Assembly (NCBI GenBank): GCA_004764695.1
Contig: SMSO01000025.1
Span: 5,124,862 to 5,188,861 of the forward strand
Source of the DNA: Schizochytrium sp. TIO01
Lineage: Eukaryota; Protista; Bigyra: Labyrinthulomycetes
Length of the DNA stretch: 64,000 nt
Reading direction: 5' to 3'
The notes below the pieces were generated by a model, which was not told the DNA's origin, did not search any database, and worked only from the letters and a program-made list of their open reading frames with translations. Positions 11,353 to 23,630 of this stretch are shown one piece after another. Numbering within the stretch: the stretch's first letter is position 1; the number at the start of each line of letters is the position of its first letter. The translations under genes were made by a program, and so were the position numbers.

Positions 11353-12283
11353 ATGTTAACAGCAATTTTGGGACTGCTTGTGGCGGTTTTAGCATGGTTG
11401 TTTCGACATGCACGTAAACTTGAGCTTAAGGCGCGGGTGATGTATTGGAGTATCGCACTTTTTACAATGAAACTTGCAAGGAAGATTGGTGATTCAGGAC
11501 GTCGTGAGGATGCAACATTGCATCTCGCCAAGGTACCCGCGCGCACAGGTATATGCTTGGAAAGATGCTCGTACAGCTTTTCTGGAGATGCGAAGGGGTT
11601 GGAAAAGTTCGCAAGGAAATGTGCACGTATCACGCTTTGGTGTATGGACGCCGGTGTGGATGAGATGGTCATTTTTGAAGGTAGTGGTGAACTTCAGTCT
11701 GCTATTTCGCTTGTAGCAAATTGCCTCAAACATCTCCTTTTGGACAAAACAGCACAGGATGAGCTGATGTTTGGTAAGCTCAACAGAATCCGTGGTGTTA
11801 GTCTCTTTCAAGGTGGCTCAGACGTTCCCTACTCCATCATCAAGTGCGCAAATGTGGAAGAAGGAACTGAGGAGGTGGTGTTGCGGTTTTTTTTCAGATA
11901 CAGAAGCTGCTGAAGATATGGCTCGTCTAACGCAGGAACTCGTTGATGACAAGGATACTTCCCTGCAGGATATTGATGAAGATTTGCTAGACAAGCGTTT
12001 GTACTGTACTAAAAGTGCCGGTGGCCGTTTGGATCTGTTACTTGTATTTTCTGATACCCCAAATTTACATGGCTTTCCCGCGTGGATCGCACGTTCCCCA
12101 GAGATTTTGTAAGTTGCTATCATGCTTCACAATTTTACCCTTTGCACTGTCTATGGGACAAATTGATCAACTAACGAATAATACTACAGGACATATGGAG
12201 AGTCCCTTGAGGAAGCATCGTATGCCTCATTTGTGCGCACTCTTTTCCGATACGCCAGAACAGAGCAGCGTTGGGGACGTTGA
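11353..12283 (+). CDS. NUS1: Nus1/NgBR cis-prenyltransferase subunit; +1 frameshift in T8 run 11887-11894; intron 12109-12189
   Basis: N-terminal TM helix, WCMDAGVDEMVIFEGSG and DLLLVFSDTPNLHGFPAWIARSPEI. Splicing GTAAGT...CTAAC...TACAG gives EILTYGESLEEASYASFVRTLFRYARTEQRWGR*, with the canonical C-terminal RxG motif. Confidence 0.88.
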
Positions 12284-12515
12284 AAACCATTAAAAAAAAA
12301 GAAACTAGTATCAAGGGGCTCAGTTGCTAATACAGAATTAAAAAAATATTTCAGGGTGGAGCATGGCCTTGTGTATGTCTGAAAGCAACATCAAGAACAT
12401 CAGGTCTTGGAACATATATAAAAGAGCAGAGCAGATGACATAATTCTGTTTTTTTAAAATGATAATCTTGTCGTCGTGCTAGTATTAAATGTAATTCAAA
12501 TAACAATTCTTTCTT

Positions 12516-15500
12516 TCAAAAAATTTCGAGGATGCTTGCCCAGAGTGCAGAGAGTGGAGCAAAATGGTTCGCTTCTTGAGAGCGCTGTACAACTGCCTGC
12601 TCTAGGTGCTGAAGCATCTGCTCATGATTGCGTTCGCTGACAAGGTTGAAGCTAACTTTGCATGAGTCAGAATCGAGAGGGTAGCTCGGCAGAATCTCAA
12701 AGGCCACCTGGACGACGGCACCCACGCCGCCATAATAGATTTCCGCAGAGAACTGCATGCTACCGTCCTGACGAGCAATCAATTGACATGGGTATGTCTC
12801 ACTTTGGCAGATCTGTGAGATCTCTTCCCAAAGGTCGTTTAGTCTGCCAAACTCGACATCTAGCTCCAATAACGCATCGGGGATACACGAGGGTGGTGCA
12901 CCACGCAAACGGTTTCTCAAAGCAGCAACAGTGTTTGCGACACGGGAGGTTGTAATCTTCACAATTGACTTTTCGATATCCGACGTTGCACCAGAAAGAT
13001 TAGAGGCATTTTGACTAGAGTCTGTTGATGAAGCATCCCCAAGAACATGCTGGACTGAAAAGTCGCTCACACTTGGCTGAAGATCAAACAATAATGTGAT
13101 TAGTTCGAATGATCCATCAATTTGGTCTAAAGCAACCTGCACCATTGTTGCGTTTGCATGATGGAGTCTCCAAACATGCAAACCCTGAGCAACATCAAGA
13201 ACAGCATTCTTTGATTCAAAGTCCATTTCAGCTTGGCGCTGAGCCTGCAAAGCTGCTAAACTATCCTTTGCCCCACGCAAACGAACGTCTTGGACGTCCC
13301 GTGCACTTTGAACGCGGGATAGCTCCTTACTTGCAGATGCGGAGCGCTCTTCAAGCTGAGCGATCTCCTCTTGGTAGCCTTCAATCACCTCTCGCTGCTC
13401 CATCAGAGCCTCGATAAGTGAGAGCAGACGCTCAGCTGCCGAACTAGCTTCGCCAACTTGACTTTTTGCAGCCTCGAGGCGTTGCACACCATCACTCACA
13501 ATACTGATATCCTCGTTTAAGATAGTCAGGTGCTCCTCCAACGCCTGCAAAGAGAGATTGATACCCTTGGCTTCAATGTCGCTCCAAGAGACGCTTGCCT
13601 CGCACTCTGCTTGTTTTCTCAACGTTGCAACAGCCGACTTTACATCAAGGGTAACTCCTTCGGATGCATCGATTTGTAAAAGGCTAGGCTCTCCGCGCTC
13701 AAATGTTGTTGCAAGCTCTTGGATTGTCTGCTGAGCTAATAGTGCGCGATTTCGCGACTCGTTACATGTCCATTTTTGGCCCAGGATATCTGCTTGAAGC
13801 ACGCATGCGCGAGTGAGTTCTATTTCTTGAACTTTTTGGGCCTCAACCTGAGGGTCTTCCACAATTTCTTGACTCGGATCCTCGGCATCGCCTAATTCTT
13901 GTTTCAGAAGGGACTCAGAAAGAGGCACTTCACAATGATCAAGAAATTCAAGAACAGATAGGGTCCGTGTTTCCGTACTTTGTAATGTTTCTTCTTCTCC
14001 TTCTTGGTTGTCTTCTTCAGCAAGATCTTTAATGGCCTCAGCTGAGGATGAAGGAGTTGGCGGCTGCTTCTTCTTGGATGCCGAAGTGTTGTCTCCGCTT
14101 TCGGAAGTATCTTGCATTGCGTGATCAGCAGTAGGAGACTGATCAGTTCCTGAATACTGATTTTCTTCGTCTAGTTCAAGAGGCGTCCGTGCCAGCGTAC
14201 GTTGCGTCTTAAACGCTTCAGGCGTAGTTTGTTCAACTTGTTGGTCCTTTTGTTTTTCAGGGGTCATTTCCATTCCGGTTGTTGATGAATAAGTATCTTG
14301 GCTCAGTGATGCAGAGGAAGTATTGAGGACATCTGGTGAGGGTGGTGTCTGGAGACTTCCGGTGCTGGCTCGGCGCGACTCGGTTGCTGCAGACTTTGTA
14401 GATCCAGTGCTTGCACGGCGAGATTTACTTGCCGGGGTTTGTTCAGAGGTTGTAGATCCTGGAGAGTTCATAAAACCATCAAGTACCGCGGCAGAATCAA
14501 ACTGCAGCTTTGATTTGTCCTTCTCTTCATTTTTTTCAGAGGACTGGTTCGAGGAAGACCCTATCGAAGAGAAGCTAAGACGCATATGAGGTGACTTCTT
14601 ATTTTCAGAATCAACCTCGTCTGAAGTGTGGTCGACCCTATTTTCTTCCTTGGACGATGTTTGCTTGCTTTGAGCGCTACTGCGGCGAGATGATTGTCTC
14701 CCTTTCGGTTCCTCAGGTGTTGTTGGAGTTGCAGGCGTTGCAGGCGTCGCAGGTGTTGCAGGAGTGCCAGGTGAGAACGCTGCAAGGTCAGCTAGATCTC
14801 CTAGTTTTTGGGTGCGTTCCTCTGAATGGCCATGTGACCGCATCGATGGAGAGTGAGAGTTAGATGATCCAGGGGTCATCATAGCAAGTTCTGAAAGATT
14901 GCCGAGCTCAACGGTTTGTTCTTCCGGCTTACGAGAAACAGTCGAGACCATGGACTGGCGTCTAACAGACCTTTCGTCAAAAGGCTCAGAGGAGAATGAC
15001 ATATTGGCCAAATCCCCAAGTTTACCAAGCTCGACTGTGCGCTCGCCAGAAGAAACTGGTGAATGTTGTTGTGAATGACGCGAACGTGGAGTTCCAGGGT
15101 CACTCTCAGGAGACATACGTGCAAGCTGAGACAAGCGCCCCAGCTCCACGGTGTGCTGCGGGGAACTTGTACTTACATCTTGCATTTCCACATCTCCATC
15201 TTCACTGGTGAAGCTCTTTTCAATGAGACGACTACTGTTTGTAGTATCACCATCATTATCATTCTCGCTGTTCTGACTATCAATCCTTTGTCTGGCATTC
15301 CGAGGTTCCTCAGGTGTAAATGAGGCGAGGTCCTGTAGACGACCAAGCTGGACTGTTTGATCTTCTTTGTGAGTGTTAGTGTTTATGCTGTTTGTGGCAC
15401 TTGCAGTACTCTGGATAGATGACAAACGCCGACGACTTCTCGTGTTATGCGCTGGAGACTGCCCTGTAAACGGTGAGTCAGCTCCCAAATTCGCCAAAAT

Positions 15501-18330
15501 ATTAGAGTCTACTGTGCGGTTATGATCTTCTGTGGAGGCCTGGGAATCGTTCAACATGTTTGCAAAGTCATCAAGAGTATGATCCCCCCCGCTTCTTGAC
15601 TCAGTCTCTTCATCTTCGAGATCTCTGAGCATGCTGAAGTCGGCTGTGCGATTGCCAGAGTCATGTGCTGAATCGGGTGATGTTATTCCAAGTCCTTTAA
15701 GGCCACTGAAATCAGCTGTACGATTGCTTGAGTTATTTGCTGAATCTGGCGATGCTATCCCAAATGCCTTTAAGGCCACTCATATCCAAAGTTCGATTAC
15801 TAGATCCCTGAGCAGAGTCCGGTGATCCTGCCCCAAGTGCTTGGAGACCAGCGCGGCCACCTGTTCGATTAATAGAAGAATTGTTAGATTCAGGTGATGC
15901 TGCATCAAGATTCTGAAAAGCGCTAAAGTTGACCGTACGGTTTTCAGATGCAGCATCAGTTGAAGATGACGAAACAAGGGCATTGAGCTCGTTTAAGTCT
16001 ATGGTATTTCCAATTGAACGGCGCGTGTTAAAGTGAGACCCTGGAGAGGAGAAGGAGTCCTGCAGAGCCTGAGATTGAAGGTGTAATTTTCCAGCCTCAT
16101 CGCCGTTGTCCTTAACGGGGTCACTCTCACGTTCCTCGTCTTCTTCATCTGGAGATGGTGCGGATGAGAGTCGGTCATCTTCTGCAGCAGCTTCATCAAA
16201 CTTCTGCTCAAGCTCTGACTTGCTATCATCATCAGACGAACCCCCAAAGCCACCAAATCTACTTCCAGAAGATCTCCGTGAGTCACGTGATGCAGACTGG
16301 AAAACATGCATACTCGACCGACGACCGCCGCGGCTGCGACGGCTACCGTTGCTAGATATTGAGAGCCTCCGCTGAGCAGCATCGTCCTCATCCTCAATAT
16401 CTTCATCCTCTTCTTCCTCCTCCCAAGTAGCCAATATAGAAGAATTTAGAGCTGTCTCGCGGTCCTCTTCGATTAGATTATCATCATCGTCTGAGTCTAC
16501 TCGATCCTCCATCTTGTACCGTGTGCGTGCGTATGTTTTCGTGAGCGGAGTGACACCACCTTTAACTGGGTCATGGTGATCAAATTCTGCAGCATCAGGC
16601 GATCCAAAAACTACAGATTTCTTTGTGGAGGTACCGCGCTTCTTCCGGGCACTGATACAACTCTTAAGAGGTGTAGGCCCAGCGAAAGGAGTTGCGACAA
16701 CGCGTTTGTCAGTTGTGGGACGTTGTTTCTTGGCCGAGGAACGTGTATTATATGCAATTGGCGTAAAGGCCACTGGCTCTGTAGTCTTCTTATTACTAGT
16801 TTTAAGATCCTCGGGCGTGCCCATTTCGTACTGGTCGATGGATGCCTTACCATAGATATAATCGTCACTATCCTCATCCTCATCCGCATTGTGTTGAGAA
16901 GTGTGCTCTGCGGCTTTCTTCCTGCCACGCTCGGCAGCACTTTTCAAAGCTTGTTCTTCATCATGATCATCATTGCTCTCATCATCACTGTCGGCCATAG
17001 AAAGTAATTTCTCAAGTGCCGAGGGAGACGCAGTGTTTCTCCTTCTCGTACTATGGCCACGGCGACCAAGTTCCTCGTCGGAATCATCATTATCATCATC
17101 ATCATCATCATCATTATCAAAACTGTCATGATCGTTCCCTTTAGCAGCAGCTGCTGCGGCAGCAGCCGCAGCCATTGCTGCACCCTTTATCTTGCCACGT
17201 TCGGCGGCATTTTTCAAAGCTTGTTCTTCATCATCACTTTCGTCATCACTGCCAGCCATCGCAAGAAGTTTCTCAAGAGCAGAGGGAGAGGCAGTATATC
17301 TCCTTCCAGAACTGTTCGGCCTGTGACCATTTCCTTCATCATCGCTGTGGTCAATAGCAGACAGTAACTTGGCAGAGTTGCCACCCTTGGCAACACTGTC
17401 GTTATCGTCATCATCATCGATATTGTCGAACATTTTGTTAAACTTCTCTAGAGTGATTGTGCGGTTTCCGTCATCGTCGTCATCGTCATCGACACTCCCA
17501 TCCATTGAAGCAGACGAGCGTGATGAATTGAGTTGCTCAAGACCTCGCACTGGACGAAGTGCGTTGCGTCGAGTATTGAGTTCAACCTCCGGAATGGATG
17601 GGGTGGATGCCGTTGAGTGCTGGCCGCTTCGTAAATCCCCAATGCTTTCATCCTCATCACTGCTGTCATCTTCACTGCTTTCACTGCTATCATCTTTCAT
17701 ATCCTGCTTTGCGTGTTTGTCAGAGTTATTTATTTCCCGGTGTTGCTCCCCGTCTAACATTTCTTCCTCGTCTTTTTGGGGTGCATTTTCCTTGCCATTT
17801 TCTACATTGTCTTGGACGTCGCTAGCTTGGGATTGGTCTCTTTGATCGATCATACTTCCTTCGTCGTCTTCATCGTCGCTGAAGTCCGAAAATCGAAGCG
17901 CAGGTCCGGATCCATGTGAGTCTGGCGAGAATTCAATGAGTTTTGCAGACTTCTTTTCCTGTTCAGGAGTCGCACCCATTTTAATGTCGTCCTCAACGTC
18001 TTGGAAGCTGCTATCACTACGATTAGCCTTGCTCAAGTCGTTTTCAAATGATGTTCGTGCCTTTTTGCGGAGTGGGCTCTTACGGTGCGGCGAGGGTGAA
18101 GGAGCTCCTCGCATAGTTCCCTGGCCTTGCCTAGCTTCGGCAATGTCGAGTTCTTGGAAAGGTTTGCGCATGGCGTTATCTTGATCTTTGGTGATCACCG
18201 GAGGTAAGCTCGCGTTCTGGTTTGAGAGCGAACCCGAGGCTAGTGTTGATGGAGATGTGGACGACGAGGATGAGGCCTTTGGCGAAGTCTCTTGCGGTTG
18301 CTGTTGTTCTGCAGGGTCCAGCGAGGCCAT
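12516..18330 (-). CDS. KNL1/Spc7-like kinetochore scaffold (about 1940 aa), joining ORFs 15733..18378 and 12516..15779 through a +1 frameshift at about 15762-15772
   Basis: PP1-docking-like PLKSCIS and KKSVVFGSP motifs. Many MELT-like repeats (RTITLE, RTVNFS, RTLDMS, RTADFS, QTVQLG, HTVELG, RTVELG, QTVELG). C-terminal coiled coil followed by an RWD-like region (FEILPSYPL). The repeat array continues across the frameshift. Confidence 0.7.
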
Positions 18331-20632
18331 CTCGGAACTCGGCAGACCTGCGACTAAACTTCGTTGGACCGCTCGCAATACAGTCAGAGGGTAATTAATC
18401 CAGGTGATTTAATATGCGATCCTCGGCGCCCAGGAGGTCTAGTCAAAGGGCCTCTGCGCGCTAGACGCCTCGCGCTCGAGCGAGGAATGCGCTTGATTCG
18501 AGGTCTACTGCAGCGCACCCGAAACGTGTAAAACCGCCCATGTTAAAGTCAAGGATATCCTAGTTTATAGTCATTTGGTCCATACGAACACTTCTGCTTA
18601 AAAAAAAAAAAGGAAGCAACACTGCTAATAGGCAAGATTACAGAGCACACGCTTCGCTGGTTTGCTTTGGTCACTTCGAATGCCTACTAATAGCGCGGCG
18701 ATGACCTTAAGGGCGACAGCGATGTTCGCGCTTGATATCTCTGTACATGGAGATACATCGAACTCGCTCGAGCCCAGGGTTTTGAAGAAGACTTGCTTAA
18801 AAATTGGTTGTGCTGTTGAGGTTCGGTTTTCTTCTCTTGTGAGCTTTGCTGTAGGAATTGGACCAAAGGCGGAATCATTTTGAAGTGAGGTCTCTGCGAC
18901 GATGAGACCAAATCTACTTGGAATGTTACCAGAGGTGACATATTTATGGAAGTGCAACGTAGAGTATTATCCATCACGTCAGCTGATTTTTCATTATTAA
19001 GGCATTTTCTGGTTTGCATCTCGAGTGGGGCTTCGTTATTTGCACATCACAACAACGCCAGAATTATATGACACACCATCATTTTATGAAGTGCATCAGA
19101 AGCTTTTTGGCATAGAAGTTGATGTCCTATTTCAATACCTCGCATTCATGATACGATACAGACTCGTTTCCACGGTACAATGCTGTGCCTAACAGAGAAG
19201 ACTTATGTAAAACGGTGGTTTCTTGTTTCAGGCTTCCAGTATAAACATCCAAAAGGGAAAGAGCAGGAGTTACATAAAAGTATTCGTGTTCTTATAGTTT
19301 CAGTTGATAGTTCTACCTAAGTAGTACTTAGCTAAAGTAGATCATTAAAATTAAATTTAATATAATTTTATGATTATTATTTTTATTACTATTTTTATTT
19401 GTTTTTAAAGTTAAGTTCGTTGCAAAGAAAACGTTGCTGAAGCCTCATAGAAACGATAGACTGTGATTGGTTTCGAACAATTGAGAAGGGGTGTATACAA
19501 AGAAACTTAAAGCTCTAGAGAACTTTAGAAGTTTCCTAAGTTGACCGCAGCAACTGATAGGCTTTAGAAAGATCTCGATAAGATCCGTGCTGCGACGCAA
19601 CAACTGCGGTTGTTACTTTTTCAGAGACTTGTTTAGACCTTTTTTTAATTCTTTAAATTGTCCCGTTGTACTACTTTTTACTTCATTTTTAATTTTCAAA
19701 GATTGAAATTAGAATAATTCATAATTCATAATTAAAAGAATTAACCGGTCTATCGCTATAGCGCAATATACAAGGTCGTACGAAAATTGGAACCTAAGTG
19801 TCACTTTCTATCGCAAGAGGCAGGAAGAGTATCATGCCATGGTCTAACCACTTGATAACATCGATATGAGTCTGCTATGTTGTAGATAGTTGTTATGTCG
19901 TACATGGCCTCATTTTGTTGACTACGGATATTTTAATATAAATATTCAAGAAGGAATGTCAAAGAAGTAAGTAAAATAATAGGGACGTTGCGCATTTCCC
20001 GCCATTGAATAACTACTCATTTTATTTCTGTGGACTTATTCTTATGTACCTGAAGAACTTGCTGTTCCAGACTGGCAACTAATTTTCTCGTGTATTGATT
20101 CGACTTGCCCAAAACTCTCAAGTATTTCGGTGATGAATTCGTCATTTCGGTCGTGACCATGCACGACAATTCGATTTCCCCAAAGTTTAAAATCAGGGGA
20201 TGGCATTCGCGAAGTATACTCTAAGATATTTAAGTTTCTTAATGACTCCAACGCAGAGGTAACACGCAGTCAATCTAGCCTTTATGAAGCATTACATTGG
20301 ATTATATTGCATGTAGTGATTGACCAAAGCTCATGGCGTCATTCATAATAACTACTTTTCGACAGCTTCTTCAACTATCAACCCAGTGAAGAAGACGTAC
20401 AACCTCAATAGCCTTCGCCTTTCTTCTTTTCACTCATGCAAATGTTACTGATGCATCATGGAACCTGAATGCCGAAGTGATGAAGGAATTGATTAATTCG
20501 TGCTTTGACTTTCATAAGCACTCTTAAGGCCAGCTATGCTTATTGCAAATGCGAATTTTTATTGTCTTTTCTTAGCTTTTCGAGGAGCAATTACAGTTCC
20601 AAAGCAAAGTCAGGCGGTTGCCTCACGCGACC

Positions 20633-22375
20633 ATGAGGGCTTCTCTGGCGGTGCTGGTGGTGGCCTCGGCAGTGCTGCAAGTGCGTGGAGGTCTCTTTGG
20701 TGGTGACAGCGATCTTTTCCGGTCGGAGTCGTCGTCTGTGCGTGAGTTGGGCCCCAGCTGGTTCGATGACCACGTGGAGCCTCTTGGAGACGACGATGGT
20801 GTAATTGTCATCAACTTCTACAGCGGCTCATGTGGTCATTGCCAGCGCTTCTCCGGAACATGGAACAAAGTTGGAGCATACGCAAAAAGGTCGTACGACA
20901 ATACCCACGTTACGGCACTAAACTGTGATAAACATCGAGCAATTTGCACAAAGTACGGCGTTCGAGGAGTCCCGCATCTTTTGGGATTTGCCAAGGGGAG
21001 CAACGTCGCAGATCCTACGACAGGCCGAAAACTCCCCAGAGACTATGAAGAAATTCTTCGCTGGATTGCTGAAGCGGACAAGGACTTTGGTCGGTCCGTG
21101 TTTGGATCTTCGTCTTCGAGCAAGAAAGAATCTCAGACCACAGAGAACGCCAACTCGCAATCTTCTGATATGGAAAAGGACGAGATGAACGCCCTTGGTG
21201 GCAATGATGAAAATGGCGCAGCAGTCCTGTTTGATAGTCACGGTAACTTGCTTCCACCGAAAGAGATGATGCGCCGTGATATTGCGGCTGCCGTTCGCTT
21301 TGGTCTTGAAACTGGTGTCTTCCTAGGACGTTCGGAGCTCGTTGGTGACGAGCTTGCGGCGCTCTATTCGTGGCTCAATGTACTTCGGGAGTCTTTTCCT
21401 GGCATGCGCGAGCGTGCGCAGCTTGAGAAATTATTTCGTAGCCTTAAGGAGGTAGAACGTCGTGAGAATAAGCGTATTACAAGCAAATCTTTTGACAAGG
21501 TGCTTGAATCGTGGGATTTTGCCATTTACGCGCCCAGTCAGAAGACCAAGTGGCGTGCAATTTGGTACAATTGCCATCCTGAAAGCCTGAAGCATGTTGG
21601 TGTGCATGGTGGCTTTCCCTGTGCGCTTTGGACTCTGTTTCATGTTCTTTCTGTGAGCAGCAGTGCAGGAGGTGCATCTGCGGATCGCACCTTAAATGGA
21701 ATTGTTGGGTTTATCAAATACAGTTTCACTTGCAGCGATTGCCGTGAGCACTTTTTAGATAGCAACCCTGACCCCCAAGCCGAGATCCTCCAAAAGGCCC
21801 GCGAACTTGGAATCTCCCCCTCTCGTGCTCTAACTTTGTGGCTTTGGTCAGAGCACAATGCTGTCTCCAAGCGTCTCAACGCCGAGGATGCCGAAGAAGA
21901 GAGATTTGGTGGTGAGCGCCGAGGTCAACATTTGCGCCCCGTCTTTCCTCTATCTTACCAATGCCGCACATGCCGTATTGACCCTGGTGCGTCAAACCTC
22001 CGTCGCGATATGGCTGATGCGACGTATCTTGCCTCGAAGGAGCGCTCTGCAGGCCCAAATGCTGCGTTCCGAGACCAAATTCTCCACTCGGGTAGTAAGT
22101 CTGGCGGTTCCTCGTCGCTGATCGCAGGTGGTAGTGTGGATGCTGACGGGAGTGAAGATGCCACGAACACTGCATGGGATTACGATGCGGTTTATGCTTT
22201 CTTACAACATACTTATTGCTTCACTGACGATCCCAAACTTCGTTGCCAGGTTCAAGATGGTAGCATGCAGCTAAGCAACTCAGCAATCGTGTTTCTCCTT
22301 GTCATAATTGCAGGTGGTGCTTATGCGTACTGGCAGCAGCGCCCTCGCAAGTCACCCACGATTAAGAAGACTTAA
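20633..22375 (+). CDS. QSOX: Quiescin sulfhydryl oxidase (signal peptide, Trx, ERV/ALR, C-terminal TM)
   Basis: Trx CGHC; ERV motifs GFPCALWTLFH, FTCSDCREHF and LWLWSEHNAVSKRL; distal CRTC; N-terminal signal peptide and C-terminal TM helix. Confidence 0.92.
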   Translation: MRASLAVLVVASAVLQVRGGLFGGDSDLFRSESSSVRELGPSWFDDHVEPLGDDDGVIVINFYSGSCGHCQRFSGTWNKVGAYAKRSYDNTHVTALNCDKHRAICTKYGVRGVPHLLGFAKGSNVADPTTGRKLPRDYEEILRWIAEADKDFGRSVFGSSSSSKKESQTTENANSQSSDMEKDEMNALGGNDENGAAVLFDSHGNLLPPKEMMRRDIAAAVRFGLETGVFLGRSELVGDELAALYSWLNVLRESFPGMRERAQLEKLFRSLKEVERRENKRITSKSFDKVLESWDFAIYAPSQKTKWRAIWYNCHPESLKHVGVHGGFPCALWTLFHVLSVSSSAGGASADRTLNGIVGFIKYSFTCSDCREHFLDSNPDPQAEILQKARELGISPSRALTLWLWSEHNAVSKRLNAEDAEEERFGGERRGQHLRPVFPLSYQCRTCRIDPGASNLRRDMADATYLASKERSAGPNAAFRDQILHSGSKSGGSSSLIAGGSVDADGSEDATNTAWDYDAVYAFLQHTYCFTDDPKLRCQVQDGSMQLSNSAIVFLLVIIAGGAYAYWQQRPRKSPTIKKT

Positions 22376-23630
22376 ATCATGATCTCTTGCTATTATTCTA
22401 AATGACAATGGTAATGACGATACAACAACATGTTTAGTTATATTCACGCTTTGCTCGTGCCAACTGCCCAGGCACGATACTTATAAATGAAGCCCAGTGT
22501 ATTTCTTTTGATTCCGCTTTATGCCTTCTCTTGAGGATTACAAAATGCTGGTTGAATAGCCCTCCACAAACTCCGAGTCGTGGGTATAAGCATGCAAAAT
22601 GCCAAGTCAAGCCATTAATAATAACAAAAGCGGAAAAGAAAACTTTACTTTACTAAAACAAAAATGTCAACAACGCCCTCCGCACAAACTTTTGGTATTC
22701 AGAGCAAACTCGAATACACGTGTGCAAGGGCTTACCTCTTCCAATTACACCCTCTTTCATAGCATTGCCTCTCAGCAGCTTCAGCAGCTTCAGCAGCTTA
22801 CAATGGAATTTACTTTAGCAATCGATAAGCCCCCTTGAAAGTGGTCTGGTCTCACCTTGGTCAAACGAAAAAAGAAAAGAAAAGGGAGAGGAGCTCAAGT
22901 AGGTAAGTAGGTACATACAATCACCCTTGATTGATCTATTCTGATGCCTGTGAAACGAACGAACTCGCGATGCGTGGCGAGGAAGGCGCCTATGCATGCA
23001 GGCCCCGGTCCACATTAATCCCATTTGTTGCTGGTAAGATGGTCACACCATTGCATTAGCCATTCCGCGCCAAAGTCTGGCATTGAAGCTGTTGATTTGA
23101 GTTAATAGGTATGTACAAACTTTTTCTAACTGAGTCCATCTTTTTTTTATCTTTCCACAACTACAGTCCGCGCCAAGATTAAAGATTTTCTTTATCGAAA
23201 AGATTTACAATCTATGACCGCGTCCTATACAACCCTATAGTTTAACATATATAATTCGGAAGGATGAAATCAAAATGAGAAAGTACTGTAGTCGAGAGTC
23301 TGGGGAGTCACGGCATAGATTGGGATTCGAAGCGAGAGAAGGCGCGATCACAGCTCTTGTTGGTGTTGCCATCGCACACTCACCTTTAAATATCATAGAG
23401 CAGGTGTGCTTTGTATCAAGGAACAGCTTCAATAATTGTATTTGTATGTGTAATTATTTTAATCAACTGATTTCATTATTTTTTTTTAAAGGATCATACC
23501 TTTACGGTATGGACTTTTAACTTAAAAGAAGAAAATGAAATAGATTAAACTAACTTGAAATCACATCAACCCAAACAAATCAAATCAACTCAGGTGGACC
23601 AAACCTGAAGCGCGAGTTCTTGTTGCAACC

